A stretch of 46,526 bases of DNA from the NCBI GenBank assembly GCA_041640655.1, contig JBEPZV010000018.1, positions 1 to 46,526 of the forward strand, read 5' to 3'. This stretch comes from a bacterium (GTDB lineage: Bacteria > Acidobacteriota > Blastocatellia > HR10). The notes under the pieces are model-generated. The model had not been told where the DNA came from and did no database searches. It saw only the letters and a program-made list of their open reading frames with translations. The position numbers were made by a program, and so were the translations under genes. This document shows positions 1-9,287 of the stretch, in pieces. The stretch's first letter is position 1; every line of letters starts with the position of its first letter.

Positions 1-570
1 CACAAGCTGGGTCGAAAAGTCGCCGCCCACGCGCATGGCGCTGAGGGCATCAAGGCCGCGATCCGCGCCGGGGTGGATTCCATCGAACACGCGAGCCTCA
101 TTGACGAAGAAGGCCTTCGATTGGCGAAAGAGCGTGGAACCTACTTGGTCATGGACATCTACAACGACGACTTCATCCTCCAACACGGGGAACGCGTGGG
201 CATGCTCCCGGAAGCCTTGGAGAAAGAACGACAGATCGGGCAACTCCAGCGAGAGAACTTCGCGCGCGCAGTGCGCGCCGGCGTCAGAATCGCCTTTGGA
301 ACTGATGCCGGCGTCTACCCCCATGGCGATAACGCGAAGCAGTTCGCCTACATGGTCAAGTATGGGATGACGCCCGTGGACGCCATCCGCTCGGCGACGA
401 TCTGGGCGGCGGAGCTGCTCGGCTGGTCGGATCGCGTCGGCGCTCTCGAACCTGGGAAATTCGCCGATCTCATCGCCGTCGAGGGGAATCCGCTGGAGGA
501 CATCACGCTCCTTGAGCGAGTCGCGTTCGTCATGAGAGGAAGCGTCGTCGTCAAGGACGCTCGGCGGTGA
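1..570 (+). CDS. Metal-dependent amidohydrolase (Xaa-Pro dipeptidase/imidazolonepropionase-like), 5'-truncated by window
   Basis: Frame is open from base 1: HKLGRKVAAHAHG...GVDSIEH...IAFGTDAG...GALEPGKFADLIAVEGNPLEDI, typical amidohydrolase TIM-barrel C-terminal motifs. Confidence 0.9.
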   Translation, partial: HKLGRKVAAHAHGAEGIKAAIRAGVDSIEHASLIDEEGLRLAKERGTYLVMDIYNDDFILQHGERVGMLPEALEKERQIGQLQRENFARAVRAGVRIAFGTDAGVYPHGDNAKQFAYMVKYGMTPVDAIRSATIWAAELLGWSDRVGALEPGKFADLIAVEGNPLEDITLLERVAFVMRGSVVVKDARR

Positions 571-574
571 GCGA

Positions 575-1933
575 TCACCAGATGTCCACGCCGGTCAGCT
601 CTCGCAACAGGCCGACGAGCTGAGACCGCGCGTGGGCGGCGAGCGTGGTGAATTGCTCCTCGCCCAAGTGCTCGCGCAGCTCTCGCAGACGGCGGTCGAT
701 CGCCTGCGCGAGGGGAGACGCCGCCTCCGGCACGAGACGCTGGGCTTGGAAATAACAGGCCAGCGCGTGCCGATAGTTCGCCTGAGCCGCTTGCACCTGA
801 CCGAGCCCGAACAACAGCTCGGCGAGCAGGAAGCGATCTCCATCGGCGTGAGCCGCGCGCACCCCCTCACTATAGGTGCTCGCCGCCTCGCCGTACTTCC
901 CCGCCAGGAAGTACGCGGACCCGAGGCTCGTCAACACCAGCCGTCGCTCCCGACGAAACTCCTCCCCCGCATGCCCCCGCATGCGCTCCAGCGCCTGCCG
1001 CAAGAGCGCGATGGCCGCCTCCGCGCGCTCGCGATTCAACTCGATCGCCCCCGCCCCATACAGAGCCATGACCTCCAAGCGCGGTCGCCGCGTCCGCCGA
1101 GCCAGTTCGGCCGCTTCTCGAAAGTGGCGCACGGCCTCGTCGAAGCGATTCGCGCGCGCGGAGGCGCGCGCCAGATCGAAAAGCGTCTCCGCTTCAGCTC
1201 GCACATCGAGCAACTCGCGACGCAACGCGAGCGCCCTCGCGAAGTACTCAATCGCCTGCTCCACCTGTCCCAAGGCCATGTGCGCGCGCCCGATGTTGTA
1301 CGTGGTGTTGGCGACCCCCCGCTCGTCTTTCGCCTTCCGCCGCACCGAGAGCGCCTGCTCGTAAAAGGCGAGCGCCTCCCGCGCATGTCCCCGCGCGAGG
1401 AGACAATTCCCCAGGCCATTCAAGGCGTTCCCCTCGGCGCGCCGATGCTTCACCTTCCGCGAGAGATCGAGGACCTGCCGATACAGGTGCTCGGCCTCCT
1501 CATTTCGCCCGAGCACATAATAGGCGTACGCCATCTGATGCAAGACCTCGGGCTCCCCCTTTCGATCCTTGATCTCGCGCTTGATCTGCAGGGCTTGCGC
1601 GTAGACCTCCAGCGCCGGCTCGGGCTTCCCCATCCGGAAGAGATACGTATCGCCGATGGCCATCAGCGTGAGGCTCATCCCCCGCCGATCGCGATGCCGA
1701 CGCTGAAGGTGCAGGGCCTCGTCGTAGTAGCGAAGCGCTTCCTCGAAATCTCCCAGCTCGGCCAGACTCTCCGCCGTTCGATAGAGCGTGCGCAACCGCC
1801 GCGCGTAATCTTCGACGCGCGTCTCCACCTGCACCTCACGGAACGGTGGATCCGGCGGCCACGCCGGTTGCTGCGCCCCCCACCCGACGCCCGCTCCAAA
1901 GAGGAAGATCCATAGACCCTTCGCCCGCAACAT
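575..1933 (-). CDS. Exported tetratricopeptide-repeat protein (~452 aa)
   Basis: Start reassigned to ATG 1933 (MLRAKGLWIFLFGAGVGWGA-QQ, signal-like). Contains about 8-9 ~40-aa TPR units (e.g. EGNALNGLGNCLLARGHAREALAFYEQAL). Confidence 0.85.
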   Translation of the reverse strand: MLRAKGLWIFLFGAGVGWGAQQPAWPPDPPFREVQVETRVEDYARRLRTLYRTAESLAELGDFEEALRYYDEALHLQRRHRDRRGMSLTLMAIGDTYLFRMGKPEPALEVYAQALQIKREIKDRKGEPEVLHQMAYAYYVLGRNEEAEHLYRQVLDLSRKVKHRRAEGNALNGLGNCLLARGHAREALAFYEQALSVRRKAKDERGVANTTYNIGRAHMALGQVEQAIEYFARALALRRELLDVRAEAETLFDLARASARANRFDEAVRHFREAAELARRTRRPRLEVMALYGAGAIELNRERAEAAIALLRQALERMRGHAGEEFRRERRLVLTSLGSAYFLAGKYGEAASTYSEGVRAAHADGDRFLLAELLFGLGQVQAAQANYRHALACYFQAQRLVPEAASPLAQAIDRRLRELREHLGEEQFTTLAAHARSQLVGLLRELTGVDIW

Positions 1934-1940
1934 CGGGCAT

Positions 1941-1949
1941 ATTTTATCA
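1941..1949 (-). promoter_or_regulatory. Extended -10 promoter (TGaTAAAAT) for leaderless TPR gene
   Basis: Minus strand reads gTGaTAAAAT-atgcccg-ATG, with 7 nt to the start codon and no SD. Confidence 0.6.
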
Positions 1950-3494
1950 CGAACGCTCACGGCGCGCAGATGGCGTCGGCAGTCCTCGCGAGATCGCCAG
2001 GACCTCCACCTCCGGCCCCGACAACGTGATGAAGTCATCCGGATCGCGCACGCGATATGAGGCCAGCCCTCGAATCCTCGAGCCGCGGGGAGCGATCCGC
2101 AGAGAAGCCCGCAACGTCTCTCCCCTCCCGATACCGTCGGCGTAGAACGTGATACTCGCCCCCTCGCGCCCCGAGAAAGGCTCGCGCACGAATCCGAGGA
2201 AATCTCCAGGATCAATTCGGAGCACGTCGGCGCCCTCCACACGCACACGCACCTCGACAGCGCGCGACAGAAGGGCACTCTCCTGCAGGCCCACGTTCTC
2301 AACGCGCACCTTGAGGAGGGAACCCGTGATCTCTCCCTTCACACTCAGCTTCGGCTCCAGGACACCACCCCGCACCAGGCGCGCCATCTGCGCCAGTGGG
2401 AGACTGAGCCCATCGTCTGCCGCGCCGGAATACCAGAGGACGTAGCCGCGTCGCAGGAGGCTCATCTGGGCTTCGAACGCCTCCAGCTGACGACGCAACG
2501 CCCGCGCCGTCGGGAGACGACAGGCGATCCGATCCCCCGGACGAAAGACGCGATCCCCCAGCCGAGAGGTCGCGCGCGTCATGAGCACAACCACGTACTC
2601 CCCGGCGAAATCCGTGGGGACGCGCATCCGCACCTCGGCGAGCCCGAGCGGATAACTCTCCACGAGCCGAAAGCCCAAGCGGCGCATGAGCCGAAGGGGA
2701 GCGACGTCGCGGAGCGGAGCGATCACCCTCCCGGCCGAATCGAGGAGGAAGCACCGCCCCTCTTCCCGCGCCTCGACATAAAAGGGGACGCCAAGCGGCT
2801 CGAAGCGACGCATCCACGATCCGATCTCCCGGACATCCACGCTCGGGCGAAGCGAGGCGAGATCCGCAGGGCTTTCCGCCGAAACCAAACGCAAGAGATA
2901 AAAGTCAAGCCTCCGCACCAAATCCGACAGAGCGCGCTCTGACGCCCACGCCACCGGGATCGTCGCCGAGAGCATCATCGGACGCGGCATGCGCGCTCGA
3001 AGGCGCCCGAGCACGCGCCCATATCGCTCTATCGCTCTCGCTCCCCGCACGGGAATGTCCAGATGAACGCCCGAACAGGAGAGACCGGCCTTCTTCGCCC
3101 GATCCACGGCCTCCCGCAACAGAGTCGCCACGGACTCAGCGAGCGAAGCTTCCGGCACCCGAGTGAAATTCTCGACGAAGCGCGTCGTGCTCCCGATCAC
3201 GAGGATCCCTTCGCTTTGAGGGAGCGAATGAGGGAACGCCGGCCCTACATGCCATCGCACGCGGTCGCCCTCGAGGTCGAGATCCCCGACGGTGAAGAAG
3301 ATGCGCTGCGGACCGATCGCCCGGAGCGCCTGCTCCTCCTCCCGGTCCGCCCTCCACGCCATGCGCCCGATCCATATGGCGCGCTCCAGTGGGCGCGACT
3401 GCTCAGACTCCGGCGGGACGCACCCGCTCACGACGCTGAGAGCGAGCCCTCCCGCAATGAGCCCTGTGAGACTGCGGAGCGCGCCTTTCGTCAC
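1947..3494 (-). CDS. DUF3142-like lipoprotein (GH18-like TIM barrel plus C-terminal beta domain)
   Basis: GTG start 3494, MTKGALRSLTGLIAGGLALSVVSG-C lipobox; segment GVHLDIP...YGRVLGRLRARMPRPMMLSATIPVAW resembles DUF3142. Confidence 0.65.
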   Translation of the reverse strand: MTKGALRSLTGLIAGGLALSVVSGCVPPESEQSRPLERAIWIGRMAWRADREEEQALRAIGPQRIFFTVGDLDLEGDRVRWHVGPAFPHSLPQSEGILVIGSTTRFVENFTRVPEASLAESVATLLREAVDRAKKAGLSCSGVHLDIPVRGARAIERYGRVLGRLRARMPRPMMLSATIPVAWASERALSDLVRRLDFYLLRLVSAESPADLASLRPSVDVREIGSWMRRFEPLGVPFYVEAREEGRCFLLDSAGRVIAPLRDVAPLRLMRRLGFRLVESYPLGLAEVRMRVPTDFAGEYVVVLMTRATSRLGDRVFRPGDRIACRLPTARALRRQLEAFEAQMSLLRRGYVLWYSGAADDGLSLPLAQMARLVRGGVLEPKLSVKGEITGSLLKVRVENVGLQESALLSRAVEVRVRVEGADVLRIDPGDFLGFVREPFSGREGASITFYADGIGRGETLRASLRIAPRGSRIRGLASYRVRDPDDFITLSGPEVEVLAISRGLPTPSARRERS

Positions 3495-3586
3495 CCCATC
3501 CAATGATACCGCTGCTGGGTGCGCTGAGGCCCCCTCGGACGCCCATCGGCCGGTGCGGCTCTTGCGCGCGGATACACGCCCCGGTC

Positions 3587-4381
3587 TCACCCCGCATCCC
3601 GGAGCGCGCCTCGCCTCAGCATGCGCCCGCCGTTGACCCCCCATCGCCGAAGGCGATCCGCGCTCCAGGCGACCAGAAGCCATCCGGCGCAGATCGCCAC
3701 AATGCCGAACGAGAACCACCGCCCGTAAAGCCCCGTCGGGGAATACGGCTCCGTGATCTCATGGAGGTACTCACTGTTGGGCCAGACGCCCGCCTCGGCT
3801 AACTCATGGAAGGCGTAGAGGAGGATCTGCCCGACGAAGAGCAGAAGAAAGATGCTCGTCACCTGGAAGAAGAGTTTCAGATTGATGAGATGTCCGAAGC
3901 GCCCCCACAGCAGAGCCATGAGGACTGCGGCGCCCAATCCCAGAACGGCTCCCCAGAAATACTCCCCACGAACCTGCATGAGCATGAGCGCTGTCTCCAT
4001 CCCCTCGCGCGTGATCATGACGGTGGTGAAGGCGAACATCCCCAGCCAGGCCGCTCGCGGCGTCCGCCGCGCCGCGATCTCCTCGATCTGCCGGTGCATG
4101 ATCTGTTTCAACCGCGGTGCCGTCCGCCACATGTGGACGACGAGCGTGGCGACCAGGACAGCGGCGATCACCCCGAAGATGCCCTCCCACAACGCTTGAT
4201 TCACCCCCTGCAAGAGCCAGTAGCCGAGGACGGCACTCGTCACCGCCGAGAAGCCCACGCCCGCGTACACGGCCGGGATCAACCCGATCCGCCCCGTCTT
4301 TCGCAAATACGTCAGCGTGATGGCGACGATCAGAAACGCCTCAAACCCTTCGCGCAAGACGATGACAAAAGCCTGCGCCAT
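3587..4381 (-). CDS. FTR1-family high-affinity iron permease
   Basis: Two REGxE motifs (LREGFE, TREGME), multiple TM helices, HELAEAG; strong SD AAGGAGGAGG before ATG 4381. Confidence 0.9.
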   Translation of the reverse strand: MAQAFVIVLREGFEAFLIVAITLTYLRKTGRIGLIPAVYAGVGFSAVTSAVLGYWLLQGVNQALWEGIFGVIAAVLVATLVVHMWRTAPRLKQIMHRQIEEIAARRTPRAAWLGMFAFTTVMITREGMETALMLMQVRGEYFWGAVLGLGAAVLMALLWGRFGHLINLKLFFQVTSIFLLLFVGQILLYAFHELAEAGVWPNSEYLHEITEPYSPTGLYGRWFSFGIVAICAGWLLVAWSADRLRRWGVNGGRMLRRGALRDAG

Positions 4382-4429
4382 CTCTCCCTCCTCCTTTCTC
4401 GACGCGGCCTCCCGACCGCGAGCGCGGGG

Positions 4430-4460
4430 AGTATAGCACAATCGAAAAGGATTTTCAATT
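4430..4460 (-). promoter_or_regulatory. sigma70 promoter TTGAAA-17-TATACT (extended -10) overlapped by a Fur-like box
   Basis: -35 at 4453-4458, -10 at 4430-4435; AT-rich 10-1-10 imperfect palindrome AATTGAAAAT-C-CTTTTCGATT (4440-4460) upstream of an iron permease. Confidence 0.75.
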
Positions 4461-4507
4461 TCGGTCTCGACGCAATGAGCGCCAGCCCGGAGGCTCCAAG
4501 TCGGCAC

Positions 4508-5707
4508 TCAGACGGAAGAGAGCGTGGAGATCTCCGTCTCCGTCACGGAGAAGACCTCCATGCGCTCGAGCGCGCTCTCGACCAGACGAGGGATGTCCAA
4601 GCGCGCTTCGATGGCCTCCACGCGGTCGAGGCGAGCATGTGTCTCCGGATGGCGAGGCGCGAAGAGCACGCAACAATCCTCATGGGGGAGGATTGAAATC
4701 TCATACGTTCCGATCTCACGGGCCAGCCGCACGATCTCCGCTTTATCCCAGCCGACGAGCGGTCTCAGAACGAGCATCCGGGTCGCGGCCTCCACACACG
4801 CGAGATTCTCCATCGTCTGACTGGCGACCTGGCCGAGGCTGTCGCCAGTGGCTAAAGCGCCGTAGTGGTTCGCTTCGGCGAGACGTTCGGCCACGCGGTG
4901 CATGAAGCGGCGGAAGAGGATCGTCCACAAGGGTGGAGGCGCGCAGCGCGAGACCTCGACCTGAATCCCCGTGAAATACGGCACGTAGACCGTGATCGGC
5001 TCGCCGCGCCATTGGGCGAGGACGCGTCCGAGCTCAAGCACTTTCTCCTTCGCCTTCTCGCCGACATAGGGCGGGCTATGGAAGTAAACGGCGTCCACGG
5101 CCACGCCGCGCTTCATCAGCATCCATCCGGCGACCGGACTGTCAATGCCGCCTGAGAGCAAGAGGAGGGCGCGCCCCGTGATGCCCACGGGCAGACCGCC
5201 CGGCCCGGCGAGGCGTTCGGAGAAGAGGAAGACGCCTTCCTGTCGCACCTCGATCTCGAGGGTGACATCAGGGCGATGGACGTCCACGCGCAGCTCGGGC
5301 AACGCGCGCAAGACGGCGCCGCCCAACTCGCGATTGAGCGCCATCGAATTCAGGGGGAAGGCCTTGAGACTTCGACGCGCTTCGATCTTGAACGTTCGAG
5401 CTCCGCGCGCCCATGCGCGGCGAGCCGTCTCGACCACGGCGTCCTTCATTCGCTCGAGGTCCGGCGGCACGACCAGCGCCACGCTGAAGCTCTTGACGCC
5501 GAAGACCATCGAGAGGCGCTGGCAAAGCGCCTTCGGATCGCCCGAAGGATGGAGATAAATCCGCCCCCACTCGATCTGCACCTGGTCCTTCGAGAGCCCG
5601 GTCACCCGCCGGATGTTCTCGACCAACCGTCGCACGAACTCCGGGCGATTCTTCCCCTTGAGGCCGATCTCGTCGTATCGCACGAGGATGGTTTGCGCCA
5701 TCGTCAT
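4508..5707 (-). CDS. thiI: tRNA 4-thiouridine(8) synthase ThiI (THUMP + PP-loop, no rhodanese domain)
   Basis: RYDEIGLKGKNR, LLSGGIDSPVA, TGDSLGQVASQT, EDCC motifs. Confidence 0.95.
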   Translation of the reverse strand: MTMAQTILVRYDEIGLKGKNRPEFVRRLVENIRRVTGLSKDQVQIEWGRIYLHPSGDPKALCQRLSMVFGVKSFSVALVVPPDLERMKDAVVETARRAWARGARTFKIEARRSLKAFPLNSMALNRELGGAVLRALPELRVDVHRPDVTLEIEVRQEGVFLFSERLAGPGGLPVGITGRALLLLSGGIDSPVAGWMLMKRGVAVDAVYFHSPPYVGEKAKEKVLELGRVLAQWRGEPITVYVPYFTGIQVEVSRCAPPPLWTILFRRFMHRVAERLAEANHYGALATGDSLGQVASQTMENLACVEAATRMLVLRPLVGWDKAEIVRLAREIGTYEISILPHEDCCVLFAPRHPETHARLDRVEAIEARLDIPRLVESALERMEVFSVTETEISTLSSV

Positions 5708-5714
5708 GAGGTGT

Positions 5715-6881
5715 TCATCGCGCGCGCCCCGACGGCGCGGGCGATCGCACCGTCACCCGCTCCAGAGCGCGATGGAGGGCCTGGATCGCCCATTCGATGT
5801 CCTCCAGGGTCGTGTATCGGGAGAAGCTGAAGCGCAGGCTCGAATCAATGACCTCGGGGGGCAGGCGCATGGCTTCCAGGACATGACTGCGCCGACCTTT
5901 TCGACTCGCGCAGGCGGCTCCGGTGGAGACGAAGACCCCCTCCTCCTCCAGCGCGTGCAGCAGGACCTCGGCCGGGATGCCCGGAAACGAGACGTTCACC
6001 GTCGTCGGCACGCTCGACGCCGGAGAATTGATGCGCGCTCCCGGGATCTGTCGCACGCCCTCGAGGAAGCGCTCGCGCACGCGGTGAAAGTGCGCGAGCC
6101 TCTCCTCCAGGTTCTCGCACATCAACTCCAGCGCGCGCGCCAATCCGACAATCCCCGCGACGTTCTCCGTCCCCGAGCGCAATCCGCGCTCTTGTCCGCC
6201 GCCGGACAGAAGCGGCACAAGCCGCACGCCTTCGCGCACAAAGAGTGCGCCCGTGCCCTTCGGAGCGTGAATCTTATGCCCGCTGATCGTGTACAGATCC
6301 ACGCCCTGCAGATGCACCGGCACTTTCCCGATGGCCTGCACCCCATCGGAATGAACGACGATCTCCGGATTGCGGCGCTTCACGCGCTCGGCGATCTCCG
6401 CGATGGGGAGGATCGTCCCCACCTCGTTATTGACGTGCATGATCGAGACCAAGATCGTCTCCGGCGTGAGCGCAGCTTCGACCGCCTCGGGCGTCACCGA
6501 TCCATGAGCATCCACGTCCAGATAGGTCACGCGGAAGCCCTCGGCCTCCAAATCGCGACAGCTCTCCAGGACCGCCGGATGCTCGATTCGCGTCGTGACG
6601 ATATGATCCCCCCGACGACGCAACGCGCGGGCCGCGCCTTTGAGGGCGAGATTATCCCCCTCGGTCCCACCCGAGGTGAAGACGATCTCGGTCTCCTTCA
6701 CGCCCAGCAGGCGGGCGATCGTCGCGCGACTGGCGCGCACGGCGCGCTCGGCCTCGACGCCCTTTCGATGGAGGCTCGACGGATTGCCGAAACGCTCCCG
6801 CCAATACGGCGCCATCGCCTCTACGACTTCCGGAGCGACCGGCGTCGTCGCATTGTTGTCGAGATAGACTTCGCGTCGCAT
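5715..6881 (-). CDS. Cysteine desulfurase (class I, NifZ/IscS2-like partner of ThiI)
   Basis: YLDNNATT, FTSGGTE, SGHKIH (PLP Lys), STGAACAS (catalytic Cys); immediately upstream of thiI. Confidence 0.93.
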   Translation of the reverse strand: MRREVYLDNNATTPVAPEVVEAMAPYWRERFGNPSSLHRKGVEAERAVRASRATIARLLGVKETEIVFTSGGTEGDNLALKGAARALRRRGDHIVTTRIEHPAVLESCRDLEAEGFRVTYLDVDAHGSVTPEAVEAALTPETILVSIMHVNNEVGTILPIAEIAERVKRRNPEIVVHSDGVQAIGKVPVHLQGVDLYTISGHKIHAPKGTGALFVREGVRLVPLLSGGGQERGLRSGTENVAGIVGLARALELMCENLEERLAHFHRVRERFLEGVRQIPGARINSPASSVPTTVNVSFPGIPAEVLLHALEEEGVFVSTGAACASRKGRRSHVLEAMRLPPEVIDSSLRFSFSRYTTLEDIEWAIQALHRALERVTVRSPAPSGRAR

Positions 6882-6932
6882 AGGAGGATAGTTTAGCCCA
6901 TCCGGCAGACGCCGGAGAAGCGGGCAGTGCGC

Positions 6933-8798
6933 TCACGCGCTGAGGGATTCGGCCACGCGCTCCTGGGGCAGGCAGGTTCGCAGGAACTCCGGCAGCGCGT
7001 CCCATCGCTCCGCCGGAGGGATCACGTGCAGACCCGCCACATGCGGGCGCAGCGCCGCGATCAGCTCGCGGGCGATACGCAGCCCTTCGGCCGCTTCGTC
7101 CCTCTGCGCGCGATGCAGACGACGACGAATGGCTTCGGGGATCGTGATCCCTGGCACCTCATGATGCAAGAATTCGGCATGCCGCGCGCTCTTCAAGGGC
7201 AGAATGCCGACCAGGATCGGCAGGCGAAATGCGGCGATGCGCTTCAAGAAGACGTCGAACCGCTCCAGGTCGAAGACCGGCGTCGTGACGATGAAATGCG
7301 CTCCGGCCTGCACGCGCTCCTCGAGCTTTCGGAGTTCGACCTCGAGATCGTCGGCCCCGATCTGAACGAGCACGCCCACGCGAAAATCCGTGGGGGTTCC
7401 GATGTCGTTCCCCATCAGCGTGCGCCCGCGATTCAGGCCCTCGATGATCTTCACCAATCCCGTCGCGCTCACGTCATGCGCCGAAGGCGCGCGCGGCAAC
7501 TCCCCGACACTCGCGGCCTCTCCCGTGAGGGCCAGGATATTGCGAACGCCGAGCACGGCCGCTCCCAGCAGCTCCGAGTGCACCATCGCGAGCGTGCGAT
7601 CGCGGCAGGAGAGATGCCAGATGGCCTCCACGCCCGCCTGCGTCTGCACCACATGGGCGAAGACCAGACCCGACAAGCTCACGCGCGCCCCCGGCGGATC
7701 GTGGATGCTCACCGCATCCACGCCACAGCGCGCGAGCTGACGGATCATTTCGATCTCCGCGCGATAGTCCACGCCGCGAGGGGGATGCACCTCGACAGTC
7801 ACGACGAACTCGCGACCGAGTCGCTCGCGGAAGCGCGTCGGCAGCGCAGCGGCCGAAGAGGCGCCCGGCGCCTCCTCCCCGCCAACGGAGACCACGGCGC
7901 GTTGTCGCACGCGTCGGGGGACCTGACCTCGAACCACGGCGCTCATGGCGCGAATATGCTCGGGCGTCGTCCCACAACATCCGCCGAGGAGATTGGCGCC
8001 GGCCTCGACGAAGCGACGCGCGTACTCGCGCAAGTATTCCGGCGAAGAGAGATAGATCGTCCGCCCGCCGATGAACTGCGGCACTCCGGCATTCGGCATG
8101 ATGGAGATCGGCAGCTCGGTCGTCGTCAGGAAGTCGACGATGATGTCGTAGGTCATCTGTGGCCCGCTGCAATTGACGCCCACGACATCAGCATCGGCCG
8201 CCGCCAGCGCCTCCAGCGAACGGCGCAGATCATCCCCGAATTTCGACTTCCCATCCTCCAGGAACGTCATCTGCGCGATGATCGGCGTCGTGGGCGAGAC
8301 CGTCCGGGCCGCGCGCACGGCTTCGAGCGCCTCCAGGAGACTCGGATGCGTCTCAATGATGATGACATCCACGCCTTCGTCCACGAGGATCCCAATCTGC
8401 TCCACATACGCCGCCGAGAGGTCGGCCAGCGTGAGATTCCCATAGGGTTTGACCAGAGCCCCCAAAGGCCCGACCGAGCCCGCGACGAAGACTTCCTCCC
8501 CGCTCATCCGAACGGCCTCGCGCGCGATCCGCACGGCCGCGCGATTGATCGCCTCCAACTCCGACTCCAGGCCGTACTCGGCCAGACGCAGCCGGTTCGC
8601 CAAAAACGTGTTCGTCTCAATCACCTGCGCTCCTGCCCGAATGTATTCGAGATGGATCTCCCGAATCAGCTCGGGACGCGTGAGGTTCTGCTCCATGAGC
8701 GCCTTGGGTTCGACCCCACGCGCCAACAGCAGCGTCCCCATGGCCCCATCGGCCAGGAGCACCTCGCGATTCAACCGGTCCAGAAACGTCGCGCCCAT
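6933..8798 (-). CDS. Homocysteine S-methyltransferase / MTHFR-domain fusion (YitJ-like)
   Basis: LADGAMGT, ETNTF, GVNC, PNAG, GGCCGTTPEHI, followed by an MTHFR-like domain (EVHPPRG, HLSCRDR). Confidence 0.9.
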   Translation of the reverse strand: MGATFLDRLNREVLLADGAMGTLLLARGVEPKALMEQNLTRPELIREIHLEYIRAGAQVIETNTFLANRLRLAEYGLESELEAINRAAVRIAREAVRMSGEEVFVAGSVGPLGALVKPYGNLTLADLSAAYVEQIGILVDEGVDVIIIETHPSLLEALEAVRAARTVSPTTPIIAQMTFLEDGKSKFGDDLRRSLEALAAADADVVGVNCSGPQMTYDIIVDFLTTTELPISIMPNAGVPQFIGGRTIYLSSPEYLREYARRFVEAGANLLGGCCGTTPEHIRAMSAVVRGQVPRRVRQRAVVSVGGEEAPGASSAAALPTRFRERLGREFVVTVEVHPPRGVDYRAEIEMIRQLARCGVDAVSIHDPPGARVSLSGLVFAHVVQTQAGVEAIWHLSCRDRTLAMVHSELLGAAVLGVRNILALTGEAASVGELPRAPSAHDVSATGLVKIIEGLNRGRTLMGNDIGTPTDFRVGVLVQIGADDLEVELRKLEERVQAGAHFIVTTPVFDLERFDVFLKRIAAFRLPILVGILPLKSARHAEFLHHEVPGITIPEAIRRRLHRAQRDEAAEGLRIARELIAALRPHVAGLHVIPPAERWDALPEFLRTCLPQERVAESLSA

Positions 8799-8882
8799 CG
8801 CCTGCCATTGTACCGAAGGCGTCACCGCTTGGCCATGCTTTCGCGCGTCCCCTCGGCGTTCACCTCCTCAAGCATTGCGCCT

Positions 8883-9287
8883 TCACCCGTTCACTCGGAG
8901 GTGGTGCGTGAGACCGCGCGGAGCGAAATACGCCAGGTGCGATCGGCACGCGCTTCGGCAATCGCTGGCGCCGAAGGCGGGCACACACCCATCGGCCACC
9001 GCCATCACATATTGATTCACGAGACATTCGCGCGTGGCATCACCGGGGATCACGATCACGCCGATCGGGCGCGCCCACCGGCACGCGAGCAAATAATCCA
9101 CATGCCATCGCTTCGGCTTCCGGCGCCGAAGGTGCCGCGCCAGACGAGCCCCAAGACCGCGCGCGGCCCGTCCCGTGTAGACGTAGACGCCGGGAGCGAA
9201 GGCGAGCACGCCGAGCCCACCGACGCGGATTCGCGCCTCTCGCTCAAGATGCACGACCACGCAGTACACGCCACTTCCCTCCATCAT
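8883..9287 (-). CDS. GIY-YIG (Uri superfamily, DUF123) nuclease
   Basis: GVYCVV...YVYTGRA...RLARHL...WHVDYLL...EC...FGASDC-x3-C-xSHL. Confidence 0.85.
   Translation of the reverse strand: MMEGSGVYCVVVHLEREARIRVGGLGVLAFAPGVYVYTGRAARGLGARLARHLRRRKPKRWHVDYLLACRWARPIGVIVIPGDATRECLVNQYVMAVADGCVPAFGASDCRSACRSHLAYFAPRGLTHHLRVNG

Noticed and set aside
8799..8882. SAM riboswitch upstream of the YitJ-like gene
   Set aside because: Gap is short and lacks the S-box AUC..GAGA/GCAACC/GAU core
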